Source of the DNA: a virus | DNA length: 43,795 nt | Virus record (IMG/VR): IMGVR_UViG_3300025018_000036 | Span: 1-43,795 of that record | Strand: one strand, 5' to 3' | Part shown: piece by piece, positions 8,129-14,499 of the stretch | How the letters are laid out: the number at the start of each line of letters is the position of its first letter | Position numbering within the stretch: position 1 is the stretch's first letter | The notes under the pieces: model-generated | What the model saw: only the letters and a program-made list of their open reading frames with translations | Databases searched by the model: none | Told to the model about the DNA's origin: nothing | Made by a program: the position numbers and the translations under genes

Positions 8129-8988
8129 CCGCCCGTGTGGGTGCTTTCGTGGCCTTCTGTGTGGCACGGCATCAGGTGTACGTCAACCGTGTGGTGCGGG
8201 GTCTGTCCAAGCCCTGGACCGGGGACCCCATCTTGCAGGCGTATCGCTTCTGCAACGTATACCGCGAACTGGACACGGTGACCCAGTGGATACGGCAGAA
8301 GTGGTCACCCAAGCTGGGTGGACATCCGGACGCATGGTTCTGGATGGTGGTGGCACGGCTGGTAAATCACCCGACCACCCTCGCGGCTGCGGGGTTCGAC
8401 CTGCGCCGTGAGTGGGAGGGGTACAACGACACCAACTTCTTCACCATCATGGAAACCCGCAAGGCCCAAGGTGTGAAGGCGTTTGGCAGTGCGTACATCG
8501 TGTCCACCAACGGGCACACCATGGAGAAGCACCTGTACCTGGACGACCATGTGCTGACCCCCCTGTGGCGGAACAAGCACGCATACCGGCCAACACCCAC
8601 GGACACCCTCGCCAGCTTCCACAAGAGGCTAATCACCGCGAATGGTCTGGGGTCCTTCATGGCTGCGCAAGTGGTGGCAGACACCAAGAACACCCACGGT
8701 GACCACCTGCACACGGCTGAGGACTGGTGGACGTGGGCAGCACCGGGTCCGGGCAGTATGCGGGGCCTGTCCCGTGTGTTGTTCCAGGACAAGGACCACA
8801 GGTTCCGGGACGCGCAGTTTCTCGTAGACCTCAATGAACTGCAGGATTACGTGAACGCAGCCTTCGTGAAGAGGGGGTGGCAGAAACTGTGCGCACAGGA
8901 CGTCCAGAACTGCCTGTGCGAGTTCGACAAGTACGAGCGTGTACGGCTGGGGCAGGGCAAGCCTCGCCAACGGTACGCGGGGGTCTAG
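8125..8988 (+). CDS. Putative DNA base hypermodification protein (5-hmdU DNA kinase helical-domain / aGPT-pyrophosphorylase-like family)
   Basis: The N-terminal signature PWTGDPILQAYRFCNVYRELDTVTQW resembles the conserved W-x-D-P-I-x4-[KR]-F-[TC]-N-V-[FY]-R-x-L-D block I associate with this all-alpha family. ATGA overlap with DUF3310. The family call is from memory only. Confidence 0.5.
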   Translation: MTARVGAFVAFCVARHQVYVNRVVRGLSKPWTGDPILQAYRFCNVYRELDTVTQWIRQKWSPKLGGHPDAWFWMVVARLVNHPTTLAAAGFDLRREWEGYNDTNFFTIMETRKAQGVKAFGSAYIVSTNGHTMEKHLYLDDHVLTPLWRNKHAYRPTPTDTLASFHKRLITANGLGSFMAAQVVADTKNTHGDHLHTAEDWWTWAAPGPGSMRGLSRVLFQDKDHRFRDAQFLVDLNELQDYVNAAFVKRGWQKLCAQDVQNCLCEFDKYERVRLGQGKPRQRYAGV

Positions 8989-8996
8989 TCGTGGGG

Positions 8997-9329
8997 ATGG
9001 TGCACTACGTCCGGCCGGGGAGCAAGCTGCGCATTCTGGCCGGGGACACACCAACGTGGATCACCAACAACCACAGGGCGTCGTACATCAGACAGGTGTG
9101 CTTGTCCGCCCCCTTGTGGGTACGGTTCCACGACTTCGCCATGCTGCGGCTGGAGTGCCTGTGGGCCACAGTCATGCACGGCGAGCTCTACGTGTTGGAC
9201 CACATCGTGCCCCTCAACCACCCGCGTGTCTGTGGCCTCACCGTGCCGTGGAACCTGCGGGTGGTGCACTGGCGTGTGAATGCCACCAAGGGGAACGACT
9301 GGTGTCCGGAGCAGGGGGAACTCTGGTGA
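8997..9329 (+). CDS. HNH endonuclease
   Basis: LDHIVPLNH...NLRVVHWRVNATKGN is an H-N-H core. Start is ATG 8997. GTG 8991 is an alternative start. Confidence 0.75.
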   Translation: MVHYVRPGSKLRILAGDTPTWITNNHRASYIRQVCLSAPLWVRFHDFAMLRLECLWATVMHGELYVLDHIVPLNHPRVCGLTVPWNLRVVHWRVNATKGNDWCPEQGELW

Positions 9330-9631
9330 GCAGCCCCGGGAACCCCGCGTACAAGGACACATGGCTGCGATGCAACGGATGCAGGACGCGTCGCAAGACG
9401 GTGCAGCTACTCCTCCGGCACGTACAAGCGCATCCTGAGTGCCTGCCGTGCTCCTGCAGTGGGTACGAGTTCATCCACCGGAAGGGGTCAGGGGCATGCG
9501 TACACCGGGCCGACCAGATGCAGGCGTGGGTCCTGCTGGCCCGCAGGCGCGGCGAGGATGAGCTCACAGCCATGGCCGAATATGCGTGGGATTACCCCGG
9601 AATACCATCCCCCGGCGACCCGCCTTTCTAG
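9326..9631 (+). CDS. Cys/His-rich small protein (101 aa)
   Basis: GTG 9326 overlaps the HNH stop (GTGA) and follows GGGGGAA. It carries CNGC...H..H.EC..CSC...H. It corresponds to the 3' third of track ORF 8939..9631. Confidence 0.45.
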   Translation: MSSPGNPAYKDTWLRCNGCRTRRKTVQLLLRHVQAHPECLPCSCSGYEFIHRKGSGACVHRADQMQAWVLLARRRGEDELTAMAEYAWDYPGIPSPGDPPF

Positions 9632-9635
9632 GACT

Positions 9636-9700
9636 CGCAAGAACTATTCTTCATTGACAAACAGAACTTTTCTGAAAGAAAGTTGAAGAAAGTTCTTGCG
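9636..9700. promoter_or_regulatory. Palindromic operator pair flanking a TTGACA box (early promoter/operator module A)
   Basis: CGCAAGAACTATTCTTCA (9636..9653) and TGAAGAAAGTTCTTGCG (9684..9700) are near-perfect inverted repeats (one nt indel). TTGACA lies at 9654..9659. No convincing -10 box. The right arm is identical to 37658..37674. Confidence 0.55.
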
Positions 9701-9782
9701 TTCTTTTGATGGCTTCCTTAGAGTTCAGTCATGGTCAGGCAATAACGCAGGGCCAGCAACCAAACCACCAAGGAACCACATC

Positions 9783-10154
9783 ATGTCCAAAGCTACCAAA
9801 ACCCAAATCGCCAACACCGTCGCAGCCGTGGCAGCAAAGCAACCCACCGTCGTGGAAGACGAGGCAGCCGCCCTGGACTACGCCTACGACACCGCAGTCG
9901 GCCGCAGCCGCCCAGTCGTTGCCATCAACGAGGAAGGTGAACTGGTCGTATGCTGCAAGTCCACCGCCAAGAAGCACGGCTGGGAGCTCCAGGGCAAGCT
10001 GTACGCCCGTGTCCGCACCAGCAAGGCCAAAGCCTCCGCTCCGGCCGCAGCACCCGCCCCAGTGGCACCGGCTGCACCCAAGGCCAGCAAGGGCAAGAAA
10101 GCCAACTTTGCCAAGGACCTCGGCGACGAAGTGGCCCGCCTCCTCGGCATGTAA
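9783..10154 (+). CDS. Hypothetical protein (123 aa) with Ala/Pro/Lys-rich C-terminal region
   Basis: ATG 9783 follows CACCAAGGAACCACATC. It lies in the frame of track ORF 9696..10154. Confidence 0.6.
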   Translation: MSKATKTQIANTVAAVAAKQPTVVEDEAAALDYAYDTAVGRSRPVVAINEEGELVVCCKSTAKKHGWELQGKLYARVRTSKAKASAPAAAPAPVAPAAPKASKGKKANFAKDLGDEVARLLGM

Positions 10155-10203
10155 AGTGCAGCCAGACAGCCCCTGCCCAGTGCGGGGCCTGTAGGCTGCA
10201 CTT
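10154..10203 (+). other. Composite GC-rich stem-loop in the intergenic region
   Basis: The outer 10-bp stem is AAGTGCAGCC / GGCTGCACTT. The inner stem is GCCCC / GGGGC. No T-tract follows. Confidence 0.5.
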
Positions 10204-10230
10204 CGCAAGCAACCACCAAGGAGAACCATC

Positions 10231-10554
10231 ATGCGCAAGCAAGACAAAGCACTGGCTGACAAGTGCCAGCCGCACGGTCGGCTCGTGGGCTTCCCACCTG
10301 AGACCAGCCGCAACCCTGAGAACCGCCACGGCACCCGGACCGCCCGTGCGTACCTGCTCCACCACATCAAAGGCAACTGCCGCAACTGCTCCCGACTCGT
10401 CGCGGCGACCCCTCGCCAGTACAAGAAGGTGCGCAAGTGGATGGACGCCACATCTGACCTGAAAGCTGTGCCGAAAGGCTGGGGGCCGACAATGCGGGCT
10501 ATCCTGCGTGACAACCTCGCGAACTGGTACGACTTCGACGACATCCCTTTCTGA
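10231..10554 (+). CDS. Small Cys/His protein ending in an SSB C-terminal-tip motif (DFDDIPF)
   Basis: ATG 10231 follows CACCAAGGAGAACCATC. The last codons read aac tgg tac gac ttc gac gac atc cct ttc tga = NWYDFDDIPF*. Contains KCQPHG...HHIKGNCRNC. Confidence 0.65.
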   Translation: MRKQDKALADKCQPHGRLVGFPPETSRNPENRHGTRTARAYLLHHIKGNCRNCSRLVAATPRQYKKVRKWMDATSDLKAVPKGWGPTMRAILRDNLANWYDFDDIPF

Positions 10555-10563
10555 AAGAACCAC

Positions 10564-10803
10564 ATGCTCTCACAAGACAAGACCCTCGCCGTGCTCAAAG
10601 CTGGCGTCGCCGTACCTCGCAAGGCACGCAAGGCCACCGAGGTCACCGTGTACCTGGAGGCCGGCCGATACACGGTGCAGGTGAACCATAAGACCGTCGC
10701 CAGTGCTGCGGGGAATGAGGTCGCTGCCCGCAGGGACGCCCGCGAACGTGCCGACAAGCTGTCCAAGCTGTTGCGCATGCCTGTCACCGTTACTGTTTAC
10801 TAG
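10564..10803 (+). CDS. Hypothetical protein (79 aa)
   Basis: ATG 10564 follows AAAGAACCAC. No recognisable domain. Confidence 0.55.
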   Translation: MLSQDKTLAVLKAGVAVPRKARKATEVTVYLEAGRYTVQVNHKTVASAAGNEVAARRDARERADKLSKLLRMPVTVTVY

Positions 10804-10812
10804 GAGAACCGC

Positions 10813-11100
10813 ATGACACCGACCGAATACTGTATGACCTTGGGCACGCTGGACCACGAGGGCCACGCCCTGGAGGAACGCCTGCATGTGCACGTTGACG
10901 CACCGGACGAGGAGACCGCCATCGCCCGTGCGTTGCAGTGCGCCATCGCGGACAACGTGAGCGTCCGTGGTTGCGTGCTGGTGATCACCCGCGTGATTGA
11001 ACTGGACCCCCAGACCGTGGACTACGCGGAAAAGGCCCGCCTGATGAACCACGGGCACGACGCCCCCCTGCCACCTAGTACCTCCAAGCACCTGCACTAA
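10813..11100 (+). CDS. Hypothetical acidic protein (95 aa)
   Basis: ATG 10813 follows TAGGAGAACCGC. It is the last gene of the plus arm, just before the terminator. Confidence 0.55.
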   Translation: MTPTEYCMTLGTLDHEGHALEERLHVHVDAPDEETAIARALQCAIADNVSVRGCVLVITRVIELDPQTVDYAEKARLMNHGHDAPLPPSTSKHLH

Positions 11101-11117
11101 GTTAGTGCGCACCAACT

Positions 11118-11143
11118 AAAAAGGCCCCTGCGTGGGGCCTTTT
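11118..11143. terminator. Bidirectional rho-independent terminator at the convergence of the two arms
   Basis: AAAAA-GGCCCC-tgcgt-GGGGCC-TTTT. The A-tract and T-tract flank a 6-bp GC stem. It lies between convergent genes ending at 11100 (+) and 11203 (-). Confidence 0.8.
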
Positions 11144-11202
11144 GTACGACTGGGAGGCTACTACCCCCTCGGGGCACCTGTAAACGCGTCGCCTGCGACC
11201 GT

Positions 11203-11727
11203 CTAGCCCTTCACAGGCATGGGGTTAGCTGGGTCAGCTTGGGCCTTACCCCGGAACCAGCTTGCCACCCCGAGGATACCCCCAAACATCATCCACACCG
11301 TTTCGGGCACTGTGGGCACGGGTATCTTCAACAACGGCAGAACAAAATAACAGCCAAAGGCCATGACCCCGGTCATGAAGCCGATAAAAGGCCTCCACGA
11401 GTACGTGGGCCAGTGCTCCGAAACCGTTTCGGCCTGCATGGTGGCATTCACAGCGACGATGACCTGCGTATCCGCAGCCAGCCGGTTCGCTTCGGCCTGC
11501 ACCAGCAGGGTCTGGAGCTCCACCTGCCGTTCCTTTTCAATTTGCTTCAGCTTCACAGCCGCGTCAGGATTGGACGCCAGTGCCACAGCCACTTCATCCG
11601 GGGTGTTGCCCGTACCCAGAACGCTGGAGATGATGCTGCCGATGGCACCACCCGCAGGCCCGCCCAGTAAACCACCCAGCACGGGGGCACTGGACCCCAC
11701 TACAGAAGCGATGTCTTTCCAGTTCAT
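11203..11727 (-). CDS. Holin of the 3-TM (GTA-release) type
   Basis: N-terminal glycine-zipper (GGLLGGPAGGAIGSIISSVLG), a central coiled region and C-terminal hydrophobic helices. ATGA overlap with the endolysin stop. Confidence 0.6.
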   Translation of the reverse strand: MNWKDIASVVGSSAPVLGGLLGGPAGGAIGSIISSVLGTGNTPDEVAVALASNPDAAVKLKQIEKERQVELQTLLVQAEANRLAADTQVIVAVNATMQAETVSEHWPTYSWRPFIGFMTGVMAFGCYFVLPLLKIPVPTVPETVWMMFGGILGVASWFRGKAQADPANPMPVKG

Positions 11728-12272
11728 GACAACCCCCCGACTCGGTTAGCCTGCCAGCCGTACTGGAACTCTTCTTGGGATACGTTGCCCTCAGCGAGTT
11801 CAATGTACCGGACGGACTGCTGGGCATTGAGCATGCGCAACAGCACCGTCTCACCGCCCACACCCCGCACCGACAGGAAGGCCCGCAAGGCGGCGATGGT
11901 GATCTTGCCAATGACCCCATCCGCTGCGATGTTGGGGTACAGCTTGTCGTCGCGGTTGAGCACGTTGAGTGCACGCTGCAGGAACCGCCCTGCCACCTGT
12001 GGCCCCATGTTGACGCCCGTGTCGAGTAGCTCTTCTGCGATGAGGGGGCTCTGCAGGGCAATCTCATTCAGGTGTGGAGCGAACCAGTACCGTTCCATGT
12101 AGATGCGCACAGCCACGGAACGAGGCATGTTGATCATGGGACCGGAGTAGCCAAAGGCACGCGCAACGGCAATCGTCACGCCCCACATGGTTTCACCGCC
12201 ATGATCGTGCGGGTTGTTGCTGTACCGCCCCTCCCGGCCAATCAGGGCGTCCACGGTTTCATCCAACGTCAT
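11724..12272 (-). CDS. Endolysin, glycoside hydrolase family 108 with PG_binding_3-like C-terminus
   Basis: REGRYSNNPHDHGGETMWGVT matches the GH108 EGGY.N.P.D.GG.T..GIT signature. The C-terminal ADGVIGKITIAALRAF resembles the PG-binding repeat. Confidence 0.85.
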   Translation of the reverse strand: MTLDETVDALIGREGRYSNNPHDHGGETMWGVTIAVARAFGYSGPMINMPRSVAVRIYMERYWFAPHLNEIALQSPLIAEELLDTGVNMGPQVAGRFLQRALNVLNRDDKLYPNIAADGVIGKITIAALRAFLSVRGVGGETVLLRMLNAQQSVRYIELAEGNVSQEEFQYGWQANRVGGLS

Positions 12273-12511
12273 AGGTCATCCTTCCGTCTGAGCAGGTGCT
12301 CTTGCTTGCGCTTCACTCGGTCACGCCACCAACGGTCGCGGATCGTGAAGAATATTTGGGCCACTGTGAACACCAGCGTCGCGATTAGCACGAGGTCGTT
12401 GAGCGATACGGACCCGTACACCGTGCCGATCCACGCCACGAAGACCTTCAGAAAAGTGTGGTTCTCAGTGTTGTCCACGGATGAATCCTTTGTTGTACGC
12501 CATCCCACCAT
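12269..12511 (-). CDS. Class II-like holin candidate (80 aa, two TM helices, charged C-terminus)
   Basis: ATG 12511 follows GAGGAG. The TM segments are FLKVFVAWIGTVYGSV and LVLIATLVFTVAQIFFTI, followed by RDRWWRDRVKRKQEHLLRRKDDL. ATGA overlap with the endolysin start. Confidence 0.55.
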   Translation of the reverse strand: MVGWRTTKDSSVDNTENHTFLKVFVAWIGTVYGSVSLNDLVLIATLVFTVAQIFFTIRDRWWRDRVKRKQEHLLRRKDDL

Positions 12512-12523
12512 TTTACGCACTCC

Positions 12524-12919
12524 TCAGAACGTGTACTCCAGAGACAGGTGTACGACGTGCGCCCTCATGATCCGGACCTTGGGTATGTACGACAGCCGGA
12601 CGCCCGTGTGAGGGCTGACCTGCCACAGCACACTCGGGGACACCAACGGCAGCACAGGAGCAGCAGAGTATCCGGTGATGCCGCCCAGCAGCACGGACGG
12701 CTGGAGGGTGGGGTTGTTGCCCAGCTTGAACTCGTACGCCAGATATGTGCTCTGCCGGTTGTGGGAGTTGCGGAAGGTGCCCAGCACTACGTCGTTCGTG
12801 AACTTCACGTAGATACCGGGGTTCACGCCGTTCAGCTTCTCCGAGTTGGGCTCTGGCGCAAAGTGTGCGCTCCCAACGTGTAGGCCAACAGCAGCGATGC
12901 AGCAAGTGATCAAGTCCAT
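12524..12919 (-). CDS. Small putative outer-membrane beta-barrel-like protein (131 aa)
   Basis: ATG 12919 follows TGGAG. The C-terminus HLSLEYTF shows the alternating hydrophobic, terminal-Phe beta-signal typical of OMPs. The N-terminus is hydrophobic but lacks a classical positively charged n-region. Confidence 0.4.
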   Translation of the reverse strand: MDLITCCIAAVGLHVGSAHFAPEPNSEKLNGVNPGIYVKFTNDVVLGTFRNSHNRQSTYLAYEFKLGNNPTLQPSVLLGGITGYSAAPVLPLVSPSVLWQVSPHTGVRLSYIPKVRIMRAHVVHLSLEYTF

Positions 12920-12961
12920 GGTGTACTCCAAAAGATAAAAGAAGGGAGCCTATTACACCAT

Positions 12962-13954
12962 CTAACTGACCGCCCCGTACGCACGGGAACTGCTGGCAGT
13001 ACCGCCCGCCCACACGAGGGAGTGACCGTTGAGCGCAACGGAATTACCTCCCGCCCCTCCTGCCATCACGCCACCGATGTACACGGGGGTCGTGTAGACC
13101 GTGGCGTTGTCACCCACGACTTCAGTGGAATACCCTGCCCCACCACCCGCCCACGGAGGGGAGGATGTCGAACTGTTCCCCCGGACACCTTGCCCACCCG
13201 CAGCACCCCAGCCACCACCCCCGCCACCGGATCCTGGAAAGTACGTGTCTCCATAGAAGAAGGCAATCGCAGCCCCGCCCCCTCCTCCACCACCAGCACC
13301 AGCCGCACCCGGTTGAGCAGACGGACTGAAGGAACCAGTGGCGTATCCTCGCGTACCACTGGCCCCGCCGAACAGGCGACCACCCCCGCCCCCTCCAGCA
13401 ACGCCGTATCCGGAGCTCATGACGTTACCGCCTGCGCCACCTGTGTTCCCAACGAGGCCGGGTGCACCCCCTGAGGCGAACAGGGAGTTCCATAGGACCT
13501 CACCACCACGACCCCCTCCCGCACCACCCCCGCCACCCGCACAGTACGACGCAGCCCCACCCCCGTACCCACCTCCGCCACCACCCCCGAGGACGTACCC
13601 GTTGCGGGTGTCTACGGTCGCGGGGTGGGCTAGGTGAATGGCTGGTCCACCGGGTTGCCCGGCTTTGTAGTTGGCAGGGTAGTTGGAACCGCCCTCACCA
13701 CCCTTGCCCATGATGAACCCGTTGTTGATTACAACGACACGGTCATTTGCGTGGAAGGCCAGCACATTCAACCCGCCGACAGCAGTGTCATCGCTGTACA
13801 GGTATATACCAGAGGCGATGGTAAGTGTGATGTCGGAGTTGCCAGACTGATACCCCACCATCGTGGAGGGGTCGAGTTCGTACTCCACCTGATTGGACGT
13901 CAGCAGGATGTTGATCTGGTTCCGGCCCCCACCGGATCGGGCAGCGAACGTCAT
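12962..13954 (-). CDS. Glycine-rich tail fibre/tip protein
   Basis: About 95 aa of N-terminal domain are followed by long poly-Gly tracts (GGGGGGYGGG, GGGGGAGGGRGG, GGGGGGG, GGGGGGWG). Start is ATG 13954 (ATGA overlap with the upstream stop). ATG 13969 is an alternative start. Confidence 0.6.
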   Translation of the reverse strand: MTFAARSGGGRNQINILLTSNQVEYELDPSTMVGYQSGNSDITLTIASGIYLYSDDTAVGGLNVLAFHANDRVVVINNGFIMGKGGEGGSNYPANYKAGQPGGPAIHLAHPATVDTRNGYVLGGGGGGGYGGGAASYCAGGGGGAGGGRGGEVLWNSLFASGGAPGLVGNTGGAGGNVMSSGYGVAGGGGGGRLFGGASGTRGYATGSFSPSAQPGAAGAGGGGGGGAAIAFFYGDTYFPGSGGGGGGWGAAGGQGVRGNSSTSSPPWAGGGAGYSTEVVGDNATVYTTPVYIGGVMAGGAGGNSVALNGHSLVWAGGTASSSRAYGAVS

Positions 13955-14499
13955 GGCAGTTGGCTCCATGCACCTTCCCAACGCGTCGCGGCTGCGGAGT
14001 ACGTCAGGAAGAGCCAGCTCACCTTCAATGCCGTTGGGTTGATGGCCCCCGACACCACCGCACCCGCAGGCACAGCCACGGTACGACCCCCGGCTGCGTC
14101 CTGCACGAACCGGATGTTGATGGATTGCCCCCCATGCGGGTTGTTGATAGTGATACTGGACACGTTTCCCGTAAGCGCACCCGGCTCAAACACGTTGGAC
14201 GCATCGGCATCAAACGTGGGCGTGGCCGAATGGGCTGGTGTCAGGGACGGTGTGAATGCACCCCCCGTAATGGTGGCAAGCCCAGTAAAGGAAGGCGACG
14301 CGGCTGCGGCTGCACCAATGGCAGTCCGTCCGGCTGCGGCATCTACTGCGGCCATCACAGCCGCACCGACTGCGGTTACGTGCGCAATCATCGCGTTCAG
14401 CTTGGTGATTGCGTCCTGTATATCCGGACGAGCATTCGCCAGCAGGTCAGTCGGTGCGTCTACGTTGGATGTGACGACTGCTACGGTAGGCCATGTCAT
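13951..14499 (-). CDS. Tail fibre protein (182 aa)
   Basis: Lies directly downstream of the J-like protein with an ATGA overlap. The N-terminal LANARPDIQDAITKLNAMIAH is a helix-type fibre attachment segment. Confidence 0.5.
   Translation of the reverse strand: MTWPTVAVVTSNVDAPTDLLANARPDIQDAITKLNAMIAHVTAVGAAVMAAVDAAAGRTAIGAAAAASPSFTGLATITGGAFTPSLTPAHSATPTFDADASNVFEPGALTGNVSSITINNPHGGQSINIRFVQDAAGGRTVAVPAGAVVSGAINPTALKVSWLFLTYSAAATRWEGAWSQLP

Noticed and set aside
8939-9631. The 230-aa track ORF as a single gene
   Set aside because: Its first two thirds overlap the end of the hypermodification-family gene (8125..8988) and the well-supported HNH gene (8997..9329) in another frame. Only the part downstream of the GTGA junction at 9326 is free-standing and preceded by an RBS.
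12524-12919. PagL-type lipid A deacylase assignment for the OMP-like protein
   Set aside because: An H-x-S pair exists (VHLSLEYTF) but lies only 7 residues from the C-terminus. In PagL the His-x-Ser is followed by ~25 residues that include the catalytic Glu. The protein is also shorter than PagL.
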